From: Candidatus Eiseniibacteriota bacterium
Lineage (GTDB): Bacteria; Eisenbacteria; RBG-16-71-46; CAIMUX01; VGJL01
Length of the DNA stretch: 64,000 bases
Direction of reading: 5' to 3'
Assembly: GCA_041946735.1 (NCBI GenBank)
Contig: JBHGAY010000015.1
Coordinates: 16,170 to 80,169, forward strand
Part shown: positions 8,777 through 18,059 of the stretch, in pieces
Position numbering within the stretch: position 1 is the stretch's first letter
Layout of the letters: every line of letters starts with the position of its first letter
Made by a program: the position numbers and the translations under genes
Notes under the pieces: model-generated
What the model was told of the DNA's origin: nothing
Seen by the model: the letters and a program-made list of their open reading frames with translations, nothing else
The model's database searches: none

Positions 8777-10302
8777 CCGCGGATCCGCTGCATCGCGGTT
8801 CGGGCGAACGGATGCCTCAGCATCCAGAGAACGAGGAAGTAGGCGAGGAGCCCGGCGATGCCCGCGGCCGCGAGATCGAGAAGGGCGTCTCCCCATCCCG
8901 CGAGCGGGACTGCCGGAAGCGCGCGAAGCAAGACGGCCGCCGCCACCGCCGACGTCGCCGCCCCCGCCAGCGCCGCCCCCGCCCCTCGTGCCGCCGCGCT
9001 CCACAGGCTCGCCGGCAGGCGCTTGTGCACGATCGCGAGCAGCACGACACAGGAAGTCCAGAGGCCGGTAGCCACGCCGATCGGGACCCACAGCAGCCCG
9101 AAGCGGAGCGCGAGCAGGTTCGCGATTCCGGTCACCACGAGCTGGATGCCGCCGGCCAAGGCGAGCGGCCGCGTGCGCTGCGTCGCGTAGGAGAAGTCGC
9201 GGAGCAGGTAGTAGACGGCGACCGGCAGCACGCCGAGGACACCGATACGCAGCAGCGTTGCTACCCCGTGGACGTCCTGCGCGTCGAAGAGGCCGCGCTG
9301 GAACGCCAGCTCCACAATCTGCGGGGCGAGGAGCAGCACGAACGCGGTGATCGGCAGGAAGAGGAAGAGGTTCAGGTCGAGGCCGCGCGCGAGCGTGTGG
9401 GCGCGGTCCGCCCCGCCGGCCGATCGATCCCGCGACATCGTGACGTAGATCGGAAGCGCCACCGACGCGGCGAGGACGGTCTGCAGCGGGGCGATCAGCT
9501 TGCGCGAGTAGGCGAGCATCGAGAGGCTCCCGGCCGGCAGGAAGGAGAGGACCGCGCGCTCGATGTAGCCCGCCGCCTGCACGAGGAAGACGCCGAGCGC
9601 GACCGGGGCGACGAGCGTGCCGACGCGCCGCAGCTCCGGCGGCAGCAGCGGGTGTCGCAGCAGCGCGCCTACCGGCCAGCCTGGCAGCAGCAGGACGAGG
9701 AGCAGCGCCTGCGCGAGCGCCGCGCCGTCGAGCGCGAACATCCAGCCGCGGTACGCCATCGTGGGCGGGAAGGCGAGCAGTACGGCCGTCTGGAGGAGGT
9801 TTCCGGTCAGCATGACGAGCGCGGGGACCGCGTAGCGGTGGTGCGCGTTGTGGATCGTCTTCGCGAACTCCGCCAGCTCGGTGAAGAAGAGCGCCGGCGC
9901 GACCGCGCGCAGCAGGCGGGCGCCCGTCTCGATCTGCTCCGGACCGAGGCCTGGGGCGACCATCCGCAGGATCGCGACGGGCCAGAGCACCACGGCGAGC
10001 GACAGCGCGCCGGCCGCGAGCGCCGTGGCGCGGAGCCCCGAGCTGCGCAGGCGCGCGGCGCGCTCCCCGCTTGCGTCCTCCTCGAGCGCGTGCCCGTAGA
10101 CCGACACGAACGCGGCGAACGTCTCCCGGACGAGCAGGATCGTCGGTAGGAAGAGGAGCACCGCCTCGGCGTAGACGACGAGGTCGGCGCTGCGCGAGAC
10201 CCCGAAGCGCGCGGCGATCGAGGCGTTGCGCGCGAGAGCGGCGAGGTTCGCGGCGACCGAGAGCGCGGTCACCGTCCCGATGCGGCGTCCGAGGAGGCTC
10301 AC
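8773..10302 (-). CDS. wzx: Wzx/MurJ-type polysaccharide (O-unit) flippase, MOP superfamily
   Basis: 509 aa with about 12-14 predicted TM helices and typical MviN/Wzx composition. Its GTG start overlaps the wzy stop in a GTGA. Confidence 0.75.
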   Translation of the reverse strand: MSLLGRRIGTVTALSVAANLAALARNASIAARFGVSRSADLVVYAEAVLLFLPTILLVRETFAAFVSVYGHALEEDASGERAARLRSSGLRATALAAGALSLAVVLWPVAILRMVAPGLGPEQIETGARLLRAVAPALFFTELAEFAKTIHNAHHRYAVPALVMLTGNLLQTAVLLAFPPTMAYRGWMFALDGAALAQALLLVLLLPGWPVGALLRHPLLPPELRRVGTLVAPVALGVFLVQAAGYIERAVLSFLPAGSLSMLAYSRKLIAPLQTVLAASVALPIYVTMSRDRSAGGADRAHTLARGLDLNLFLFLPITAFVLLLAPQIVELAFQRGLFDAQDVHGVATLLRIGVLGVLPVAVYYLLRDFSYATQRTRPLALAGGIQLVVTGIANLLALRFGLLWVPIGVATGLWTSCVVLLAIVHKRLPASLWSAAARGAGAALAGAATSAVAAAVLLRALPAVPLAGWGDALLDLAAAGIAGLLAYFLVLWMLRHPFARTAMQRIRG

Positions 10303-11912
10303 GGCCGGCCTCCCTCCGGCGCGGCGAGCGCCGAGCGCGCGGGAAGCGGCGCACCGGACGGCAGCGGCTCACCGGCCGGTTGCGCCGCGCCTGCCGGCAA
10401 AGGCGTTCCCACCGGCAGCGCCGCCCGCGATCCCTCCTCGACCTCCCGCTCGTACAGCCGCCGCCACGCGAACCCGGTCAGCATCCAGAACAGCAGGTTC
10501 GACGGGTTCGTGTTCATCGGGCCGTTGGAGAGATTCGCGATGAGCAGCACCGCCACCGCGGATCCCGCGATGACCCCGAACCGGCGCTCGTCAGGGTCGC
10601 GGCTGCGCGCGAGCCTCCCCAGCGCGATCAGCGGAAGCAGATGGACCGAGAAGAGGGCGAGCCAGCCGATCCATCCCGCCTCGAGCGCGGTCGTCAGGTA
10701 GAAGTTGTCGGTCGGGATCCCCCCCTCGGCGCTCGACCGCATCCCGAGCTTGTAGTAGACGAGGAGGTTCGCCGTCGATCCGATGCCTCGTCCGATCACC
10801 GGCTCATCCCAGAGCAGCTTCCATCCGCGCCGGTTCTCCTCCAGACGGAAGACGAGCGAAGTCGAGACGCCCTTCTGCAACGTGAACGACGTCATGACCC
10901 GGTTGCGGATCAGATCCCCGAATCGGATCCATCCGATCCCGGCGACGAGAAGGGTGACGATCAGAAACCACAGCAGGAGCTTCCCGCTCCTCTGGCGCAC
11001 GACGAGGATCAAGACGAACAGGAAGACCGCGGAGATCATCGTCATGTTGTAGGTCAACAGCAGCGCGTAGCCGAGCAGCGCGAGGCCGAGGACCACGATC
11101 GCGCGCTTGCCCCTGCTGCTGGCCGCGCCGAGCAGGTGCAGGGAGAGCGCGATCCCGAGGAAGGAGAGCGCCGCGACCGAGGACTGATCGTCGAGGAACG
11201 AGAAGAGCCGCTGGTACAGCTTCCCGCTGATCGGATCGACCGCCACGAACGCGACCATGCCGGTCTCCAGGCTCAGACCGAAGCGGAGCAGGGTCTCGAC
11301 CGGGACGAACGACTGGATGACCGCTCCGAGCGCGACCGCGCAGCAGAGGCCGAAGACCCACCACAGGAATCGCGGTACGCGCGTCATGCCGCCCGCCGCG
11401 TCGTACGCGATGAAGATCAGGAGCGGGTAGAGGAGATAGCCGATCGTTGCGTTGACGATCTGGAGGGCCGGGACGCCGCGAGTCGCCGTGACGGCCGCGA
11501 GCATCCCGAAGATTGCCGCGGCCCCGCCGTAGACGGCGAGCGGAACTCGCGCGCCTCGCCAGTGAGGGGAGCGGTCGGCTGCGCGCGTCAGCAGCCAGAT
11601 CGGCAGGATCGCCAGGAAGAAGATCCCTTTGAACCATCCGAGAGGGAGGTGGACGATCCGCGCGAAAAAGGGCGCGAAGGTAGCGTACAGCAGAAAGAAC
11701 CCGAGGAAGAGCCCCGGGCGGAGGAGCAGCAGGAACGCGCCGGCCGCGGCGACCGCGCTCGCGGCGAGCAGGATCAGCCCTCCGAACGGCGGCTTCCAGA
11801 CCATTCCGGCGATGAAGAGGATCGTGCCGAGCCCGAGACCGGGAAGGAGGTAAGCCGCCGGCGCCGGGATGCGGACAATGGGGGTTTCGAGGGAGCGGAC
11901 GCCCGGAGTCAT
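10299..11912 (-). CDS. wzy: O-antigen ligase/polymerase family membrane protein (Wzy-like)
   Basis: 537 aa and polytopic. A large periplasmic loop contains the R...G motifs of the Wzy_C/O-antigen ligase family, and there is a Pro/Ala-rich C-terminal tail. Confidence 0.7.
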   Translation of the reverse strand: MTPGVRSLETPIVRIPAPAAYLLPGLGLGTILFIAGMVWKPPFGGLILLAASAVAAAGAFLLLLRPGLFLGFFLLYATFAPFFARIVHLPLGWFKGIFFLAILPIWLLTRAADRSPHWRGARVPLAVYGGAAAIFGMLAAVTATRGVPALQIVNATIGYLLYPLLIFIAYDAAGGMTRVPRFLWWVFGLCCAVALGAVIQSFVPVETLLRFGLSLETGMVAFVAVDPISGKLYQRLFSFLDDQSSVAALSFLGIALSLHLLGAASSRGKRAIVVLGLALLGYALLLTYNMTMISAVFLFVLILVVRQRSGKLLLWFLIVTLLVAGIGWIRFGDLIRNRVMTSFTLQKGVSTSLVFRLEENRRGWKLLWDEPVIGRGIGSTANLLVYYKLGMRSSAEGGIPTDNFYLTTALEAGWIGWLALFSVHLLPLIALGRLARSRDPDERRFGVIAGSAVAVLLIANLSNGPMNTNPSNLLFWMLTGFAWRRLYEREVEEGSRAALPVGTPLPAGAAQPAGEPLPSGAPLPARSALAAPEGGRP

Positions 11913-12033
11913 CGCTCGCTCGCCTCCGCGGGCGATGGCGCCTCCGCGCGCGGTGTCGCCGCGCCACCGCGCTTCGCCCCGTCGCGGCGCTTCGCTCCGC
12001 CTCGGACGGAAGCGGAGGCGGCGAGCCGCACCT

Positions 12034-13176
12034 TCACGCGGCAGCCCGGCGGGCGAGGACGCGCATCACCCGGCACTGATTGCGCAGCACGCGCTCCGCA
12101 TCGTAGCGCCGCGACGCCCGCAGCCCCTCCCGCCCCAGCGACGCGCGCAGCGCCTCGTCCTCGAGGATTCGCGAGAGCGCTCGATAGAGCGCGTTCACGT
12201 CGCCGGGCGGAACCAGCAAACCCTGCCGGCCGTCCTCGATCAGGTCGGTGTTCCCCGGGACGCGCGTCGCCACGATCGGAGTCCCGGACGCGAGCGCCTC
12301 GAGCACGATCTTCGGATTCCCCTCAGTCACGAGCGAGGGCAGGACGAGAACGAGCGCCGAGCCGAGATGCTGCGCGACCTCGTCCTGCGGGCGGCTGCCG
12401 AGGAATCGCACGCGCCGCCCGGGGACTTCTCGCTCCGCCTTGCGCTCCAGGCTCTCGTGCTCCTCCCCGGTGCCGAGGATCAAGAGCTCGACCCCGTCGC
12501 GCTCACGCGCGATCCGGCCGAATGCGTCGATCAAGAGGCCCACTCCCTTGCCGGGATGCAGGCGGCCGGCGTAGAGGATCGTGGGGCGCCGGTTTGGAGC
12601 GGGCCTGAACATTGCCCGATCGACCGGATTGGGAACGACGATCGCACGCCGTCCGTAGCCTCGTGTCGCCACCGAGGCGAGCAGGGGAGTTGTCGCGATC
12701 ACGAGGTCGGCGGCGAGGAGGCAACGGCTCTGCATGCGCGAGGCGAAGAGCTTCTTCGCGCCGCCGTAGTAGGCCTGCGTCGTCCGCGCCCAGTCGTAGC
12801 GGAGGTCGACCAGGAACTTGCCCCGGCCGCCCCCGCGGCGCTTCATTTCGGGAAGGACCGCGAGGTTCGAGCTGAGGACCCGCACGAGTCCCGACATGCG
12901 GTCGGCCGCCCGCACGAGGCGGCGATAGTAGATGAGGACCTCGAGCGGCCGCGGCAGCGCGGCGGGCAGTCCCGCGAGCAAGGGACGATGGTCCACCCCG
13001 AGCTCCACGCTGAACGAGCGAGCGTCGGCGCTGTAGAGGTCGACCGCGAACTCGTGGCTATAGGCGGCGAGCGTCTTCTTGAAGTAAGGCCCCATCCCGA
13101 GCCGCAGGATGTCCGCCACCGAGGCGTCGGTGCTCAAGACCAGATGGAGAGGAAGCTTTCGGACCGCCGGATTCAT
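12034..13176 (-). CDS. Glycosyltransferase family 4
   Basis: 380 aa starting MNPAVRKLPLH. GT4 C-terminal motifs VLPSLVTEGNPKIVLEALASGTPIVAT are present. Its ATG overlaps the Wzz stop. The N-terminal part of the track ORF 12034..14085 is rejected. Confidence 0.85.
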   Translation of the reverse strand: MNPAVRKLPLHLVLSTDASVADILRLGMGPYFKKTLAAYSHEFAVDLYSADARSFSVELGVDHRPLLAGLPAALPRPLEVLIYYRRLVRAADRMSGLVRVLSSNLAVLPEMKRRGGGRGKFLVDLRYDWARTTQAYYGGAKKLFASRMQSRCLLAADLVIATTPLLASVATRGYGRRAIVVPNPVDRAMFRPAPNRRPTILYAGRLHPGKGVGLLIDAFGRIARERDGVELLILGTGEEHESLERKAEREVPGRRVRFLGSRPQDEVAQHLGSALVLVLPSLVTEGNPKIVLEALASGTPIVATRVPGNTDLIEDGRQGLLVPPGDVNALYRALSRILEDEALRASLGREGLRASRRYDAERVLRNQCRVMRVLARRAAA

Positions 13177-14426
13177 CCCCGGCGCGCCTCGGCCCGCCCC
13201 TGCCCGCCGTCCTCCCGCCTCGACGAGCGTCTCAGTCTCGCGATCTCCTCGGGGAGCGGACTCTCGACGAGGGCGGCGGCCAGCAGCGCGACGAGGGCTC
13301 CGGACAAGAGCCCGGCGACGACCATCAGCTTCCGCTTCGGGGAGAATCGCTCCTCCGGCGGGACTGCGGTGTCGAGCACCTGCACGGTCGGGGTGTCGCG
13401 CGCCTCCTGGATCTTCGCCTGGTAATACTGCTGGTTCAGGTAGGTCTGCAGGAGAAGCTGCGCCTGCAGCTCCCGCTCGTAATCGGCGAGCTGGAGCGCC
13501 AGGTCCGGGATGCTGGACGTCGCGAGCGACGTGGCCGGGTCGGACGACCCCGGCCGCGATCCTTCCATCTTGGCGATCGCCTCCCGGAGCTGGGCGATCT
13601 CGTTCTCGAGATTGGTGACGACCGGGTTGTCGGGAGTCATCGATTGCCGCGCGATCCCGAGATCGACCTCTTTCGCCATCAAATCGCTCTTCAGCTTGGC
13701 CGATCCCTCGATCAGCACCTTCGTCTGGACGTCGAGCGCGACCGCGCCGTGCTGCCGCTGGAATCCGGCGACTGTCTCGCCCAGTCGGCGGATCGACGCG
13801 TTGTTCTCGTCGAGCTGGCGCTCGAGGTAAATGCGCGTCTGCTTGGCCCGCGAGAGAGACTTCTCGCGGTTGACCGCGTCGAGCTCCGCGACCAGATCGT
13901 TCGCCGTGTCGGCCGCCTTCGCTCGCGTGCGGGCGTCGACCGAGGGTGAGGTGAACCAGCCGGTGTCCATGCGCACCGAGATCTCGATCACACCGGCATC
14001 GTTGACCGAGACGTCGGTCGCGCCGCGCAGCAACGCCACCGCCTGTTCCATTGCGAGCGGCGCCGCCGGATGCGGGATTCGCCACCAGTCGATCAGGTCC
14101 TGCTTGCGGATGACCGCTTCCATCACCGTCCGGCTCTTCAGGATCTCCTGGAAGAGCTTCGCCGTGGACATCGACTCGTCGCGGATGCCGAGGAGCCCGA
14201 GCGAGGCCTCGAGCCCCGGCGTGCCGCTGAAGCCCCCCGCGCTCGAGCTGACCGGCGGAAGCAGGCTCGTCCGCGCCACGTAGGCGCGGGGCATGACGAG
14301 CGAGAGGACGATCGAGAGCAGGAGGAACCCGGCGACGACGCCGAAGATGAGTTTCCGATGCCTCCAGGGCACCTCCAACATCGCGCCCAGGCTCCGTCCG
14401 GCGGGACGTCCTGCATGTTCCGTCAT
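13173..14426 (-). CDS. Polysaccharide co-polymerase / chain-length determinant (Wzz/GumC-like PCP, no kinase domain)
   Basis: TM helices at both ends flank a long periplasmic coiled-coil region. This is the PCP topology. Confidence 0.75.
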   Translation of the reverse strand: MTEHAGRPAGRSLGAMLEVPWRHRKLIFGVVAGFLLLSIVLSLVMPRAYVARTSLLPPVSSSAGGFSGTPGLEASLGLLGIRDESMSTAKLFQEILKSRTVMEAVIRKQDLIDWWRIPHPAAPLAMEQAVALLRGATDVSVNDAGVIEISVRMDTGWFTSPSVDARTRAKAADTANDLVAELDAVNREKSLSRAKQTRIYLERQLDENNASIRRLGETVAGFQRQHGAVALDVQTKVLIEGSAKLKSDLMAKEVDLGIARQSMTPDNPVVTNLENEIAQLREAIAKMEGSRPGSSDPATSLATSSIPDLALQLADYERELQAQLLLQTYLNQQYYQAKIQEARDTPTVQVLDTAVPPEERFSPKRKLMVVAGLLSGALVALLAAALVESPLPEEIARLRRSSRREDGGQGRAEARRG

Positions 14427-14589
14427 CGTTCGGCCCCCGCGCTAGGCGCCCGGCCGGATCCGATCGAGCGGGCGGACGGAATCCTGGCGGACGGACTCCG
14501 ACCGGCGACGATTCGATCCGGTTCGAGGCGTTGCGAAGTTGAGGTTTCCGAGGTTCACGAGGTGCGGACGGCTCCTCCTTGCGGAGCGG

Positions 14590-15933
14590 TCAATCCTCAT
14601 GTCGCGAGGATACACGGGCATGCCCGGCCGGTCCATGCCGCCCGGCCGGTGTGCCTGGCGTGCGACGCGGTCCTTTCGCGGCCCCGGAGAGCAGGAGCGG
14701 CCGGCCGGCCCGCGCGGCCGCCCGCACGAGCCCGCGATAGAGCCGCTCGTACTCCTCCGCCACGCGATCCCACGAATAGGCGGCGAGGGCGCGGGCGCGC
14801 GCCGCGGCGCCGAGGCGCTCGCGCGCGTCCCGGTCGCCGGCCAGGGCGGTCATCCTCCGTGCGAGGTCCTCCGCATCACCGAGATCGAAATAGGCGATCG
14901 CGTCGGATCCGACGTCCTCGATTTCGGGGATGCGGGTCGCGATCGTCGCGCATCGCGCCGCCATCGCCTCGAGCAGGACGAGCGGCATCCCCTCAGATTC
15001 CGATGGCAGGACGAAGAGGCGGCAGCCGGCGTAGAGGCTCCACAGCTCGTCGCCGAATCGGTATCCGGCGAACCGGATCCCGGGATCGTCGCCGGCCTCG
15101 GCGCGCAACTTCGCCGCGTACTCCGGGGCGTGGTTGTGATCTCCGACGAGGACCAGCGGAAGAGGGAGCCGCGCGATCCGATAGGCGCGGATCAGGTGCT
15201 CCACCCCCTTCTGCGGGACGAGCCGGCTCACGCACAGGAGGTAGCCGTCGCGCTCGAGTCGGAGGTCGGCGGGCAGTGGGATCGCGCCGACTCCGCCCGC
15301 GTCTCCGCCGTCGCCGATCCAGGCGGGAGGGTCGACGCCGTTGGGAATATGGACGACGCGCCGCCCGGTCGCCTCGCGCACGAAGCGAGCCTGCGAGCGC
15401 GAGACGGAGGTGAGCGCGGTCGGCGCGGCGGTGGCGGGGCGGAGCAGCGCGCGCAGCAGCGCCTTGTCGAGGCGGTTCCACTTGCCGAGCCCCCACTCGA
15501 AGCCGTGCAGGTGCAGGACGACCGGGATGCGCGCGAGCCGGCCGACTCCGGCGAGGACGCCGTTGGGATAGTTGTGGAGGCCGATCACGTCGGGCCGTTC
15601 GCGGGCGGCCGCGGCGAGTCCGACGAAGGTGTGAGAGAGCGTGTCGAGTCGCTTCGTGCGGACCGCCGTCTCGCGGCGCAGCTCCATCCCGCGCCACGTG
15701 TCGAGGCCGGCGGGCGTGTAGTGGCTGCGGCAATGGACGACGACGCGATGGCCACGGGCCGCGAGGCGGGCGCCGATCTCCTCGACCGCGTGCTCGACGC
15801 CGCCGAACGTCGCGGGGATCCCCTTGGCGCCGACGAAATGGATCCGCAGGGGCCGCTCCCGCGCGGTCCGCGCCGGCTCGTTCTGTCCGGCGCCGTCCTG
15901 TCCAGCGCCGTCCCGTACCGCTTCGACTTCCAT
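14590..15933 (-). CDS. Glycosyltransferase family 4, the first gene of the polysaccharide operon; N-terminus uncertain
   Basis: LRIHFVGAKGIP...GVEH N-domain and a C-domain with FVLPSESEGMPLVLLEAMAARCATIAT. Upstream is a 270-bp divergent intergenic region. Confidence 0.8.
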   Translation of the reverse strand: MEVEAVRDGAGQDGAGQNEPARTARERPLRIHFVGAKGIPATFGGVEHAVEEIGARLAARGHRVVVHCRSHYTPAGLDTWRGMELRRETAVRTKRLDTLSHTFVGLAAAARERPDVIGLHNYPNGVLAGVGRLARIPVVLHLHGFEWGLGKWNRLDKALLRALLRPATAAPTALTSVSRSQARFVREATGRRVVHIPNGVDPPAWIGDGGDAGGVGAIPLPADLRLERDGYLLCVSRLVPQKGVEHLIRAYRIARLPLPLVLVGDHNHAPEYAAKLRAEAGDDPGIRFAGYRFGDELWSLYAGCRLFVLPSESEGMPLVLLEAMAARCATIATRIPEIEDVGSDAIAYFDLGDAEDLARRMTALAGDRDARERLGAAARARALAAYSWDRVAEEYERLYRGLVRAAARAGRPLLLSGAAKGPRRTPGTPAGRHGPAGHARVSSRHED

Positions 15934-16018
15934 CCCGACCCAGGCTACTCCGGCGCGTGGCGACGCGGAACCCTTGTCCCGCGTGGCACCGAGCGGCTAC
16001 GCGGGGCGCGCGGCCCCC

Positions 16019-16075
16019 GCGCTCGGAAGCGCCCGGAAGCGCCCCGGAGCGCTCGGAAGCGCTCGGGAGCGCGCG
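16019..16075. repeat. Short tandem GC-rich repeats (CTCGGAAGCGC-like, about 5 copies) in the divergent promoter region between the polysaccharide operon and the asnB-like gene
   Basis: gctcggaagcgcccggaagcgccccggagcgctcggaagcgctcgggagcgcg seen directly in the sequence. Confidence 0.5.
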
Positions 16076-16205
16076 GGCGCGCCCCGAAGCACGGTCCCAT
16101 CTGCTGCATCCGCGCGCGCCGCGATGCTAGAGTCCACGCGATCCGTGACGTGACCGGATCGAGGAAGCGATCGATCGCGTCCGTCGGGAGGACAGGAGGG
16201 GCCGA

Positions 16206-18059
16206 TTGAGCGGGATCTGCGGACAGTTCGGGCTCGAACCGCGCATTTTCGACGATCGGATCCTCGAGCGAATGCTGGCCCGCCTGGAGCACCGCGGGCG
16301 TCTTGCCGAGAGGATCCGCCGTCCCGACGCGAGCCTCGGGGTCTGCGACCCGGCCGGTCCGAACCGCTGGCCGCCGCGTGGCAGCGAGGACCCCTCCGAG
16401 ATCTGCGCCGTCCTCGATGGCAGGATCGACAACGCGGCCGATCTCGCGGCGGAGCTGGCGCGGGAGGGACACGCTTGCCCCGGCGCGAACCCGGCGGCTG
16501 TCGTGGCGATCGGAATGCGGGCACATGGGATCCCGTTCCTCCAGCGGCTGCAGGGGCTCTTCGCCGCCGCTGTCCACGATCCCGCCCGCAACGTCTCCTG
16601 GCTCATTCGGGATCCCCTTGGCATGCGCCCGGTCTATCTGCATCGCACCCGCTCGCGCATCCTCTTCGCCTCGGAGATCGGGGCGCTCTTCGCCGATCCC
16701 GTCGTCCGCTCCGACGTCGATCCCTCGCAGCTACGGGTGCTCCTCACGCTCGGGTTCATGCCGTCCCCGCTGACCTTGCTGAAGGGGATCCACAAGATGC
16801 CGCCGGGGCATCTGCTCGAGGTGAGCGGCGCCTCGCTGCGCGTCATCTCGTACGCCAAGAAGGGTCCCGGGGAGGACCTCGAACTCCCGTATGAGGACGC
16901 GCTCGAAGCGTACCGAGCGACCCTGCATCGGGTCGTGCGGCGTTCGGCCGGCGAGGAGACGGTCGGGGTGCTGCTGAGCGGCGGAGCGGACTCGTCGGCG
17001 CTCGTCCTGCTGCGGACGCGCGAGGGCAGGCCCGTTGCTTCGTTCACCGCCGGGTTCCAGGATGCCGGGGAGGAGGACGAGCGGGTCGAGGCGTGGCAGG
17101 CGGCGCGAGCGCTCGGCACGCTCCATCGAGAGACGACGATCCGCGCGGTCGAGATCCCTTCGCTCCTCTCGTCGGTGGCGCGAACCATCGACGAGCCGGT
17201 CGCCGCTCCTTGGATGGCTCCGTTCTACAGGCTGGCGGCTTCGATCGAGGGACAGACGCCGGTCGTCTGGTCCGGCCAGGGGACCGGTTCGCTGCATGGC
17301 GAGTCGCCGGTCTGGCGCTGGAGGCAGTGGGGGGAGTGGGTCAGCGAGCTGCCGCCGTTCGTGGCTGGCGTCGTCGGCGGCGTCAGCCGGACGCTGGGCC
17401 GCCTCGATCGAGCCGCGGCCACCCGCAACCACCGCATGGTCGCTTCCAGGGAAGAGAGGGAGCGGGTCCTCTCCGCGTTCTTCCTCTTCGAGGACGCCGA
17501 GCTGGACCGGCTGCTGCGGGCCGGCCACATCGGCGATCGGGAGGCGGCGCGCAAACTCCTCGATCGGTGGCGCGAACCGGTGGCGGATCGCGATCCGCTC
17601 GATCAGTCGCTCTACATCTACGCGCGGACGCACCTGCCCGACGGGGTGCTGCTGCCGGCCGAGCGGCTCGCCTCCGAGCACGGCCTCTTCCTGCGCTTCC
17701 CCTACGCGGACCCGGAGGTCGTGCAATGGCTCGAGCGGCTGCCCGCGTCCTATCGGTTGCAGGGGGGAGCCGGGAAGCGGCTGCATCGCGATGCGCTCGC
17801 GGCATGGCTTCCGGCCGGCGTCCTCGCGCGGCCGAAGCGGCAGCTCGGCGACCTGACGCGGCTGTGGCTGCGGACGGGCGGGCGCGAGCAGGTGTCGCAG
17901 TGGCTTCTCGGCTCCGCCGCCTGGCTGCCGTCGGTGCTGGACGGCGTACGCGTCCGCGGGCTGCTCGAGGAGGCTTCGCGCGGGCGGATCGAGCGGATCG
18001 TCCTCTTGATCCACCTCGAACTGTGGATGCGCGAGATGCTCCAGGGAGGAGGACGGTGA
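16206..18059 (+). CDS. asnB: Asparagine synthetase B-like amidotransferase (glutamine-hydrolysing, class II GATase plus synthetase domain)
   Basis: 617 aa. An Ntn-GATase N-domain is followed by the PP-loop SGGADSS ATP pyrophosphatase motif. It starts at TTG with Cys at position 5 (MSGICGQ) rather than position 2. Confidence 0.8.
   Translation: MSGICGQFGLEPRIFDDRILERMLARLEHRGRLAERIRRPDASLGVCDPAGPNRWPPRGSEDPSEICAVLDGRIDNAADLAAELAREGHACPGANPAAVVAIGMRAHGIPFLQRLQGLFAAAVHDPARNVSWLIRDPLGMRPVYLHRTRSRILFASEIGALFADPVVRSDVDPSQLRVLLTLGFMPSPLTLLKGIHKMPPGHLLEVSGASLRVISYAKKGPGEDLELPYEDALEAYRATLHRVVRRSAGEETVGVLLSGGADSSALVLLRTREGRPVASFTAGFQDAGEEDERVEAWQAARALGTLHRETTIRAVEIPSLLSSVARTIDEPVAAPWMAPFYRLAASIEGQTPVVWSGQGTGSLHGESPVWRWRQWGEWVSELPPFVAGVVGGVSRTLGRLDRAAATRNHRMVASREERERVLSAFFLFEDAELDRLLRAGHIGDREAARKLLDRWREPVADRDPLDQSLYIYARTHLPDGVLLPAERLASEHGLFLRFPYADPEVVQWLERLPASYRLQGGAGKRLHRDALAAWLPAGVLARPKRQLGDLTRLWLRTGGREQVSQWLLGSAAWLPSVLDGVRVRGLLEEASRGRIERIVLLIHLELWMREMLQGGGR

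Noticed and set aside
7333-12608. Very long plus-strand ORFs (7333..10149, 938 aa; 10071..12608, 845 aa) and similar ORFs at 4751..6640(-), 5605..6789(+), 17093..19528(+) 5' part, 14070..16209(+), 18314..19743
   Set aside because: They are antisense or out-of-frame shadows of the real GT/Wzx/Wzy/Wza genes. Open frames are common at 70% GC. Their translations are Arg/Pro/Gly-rich low-complexity and lack GC3 bias.
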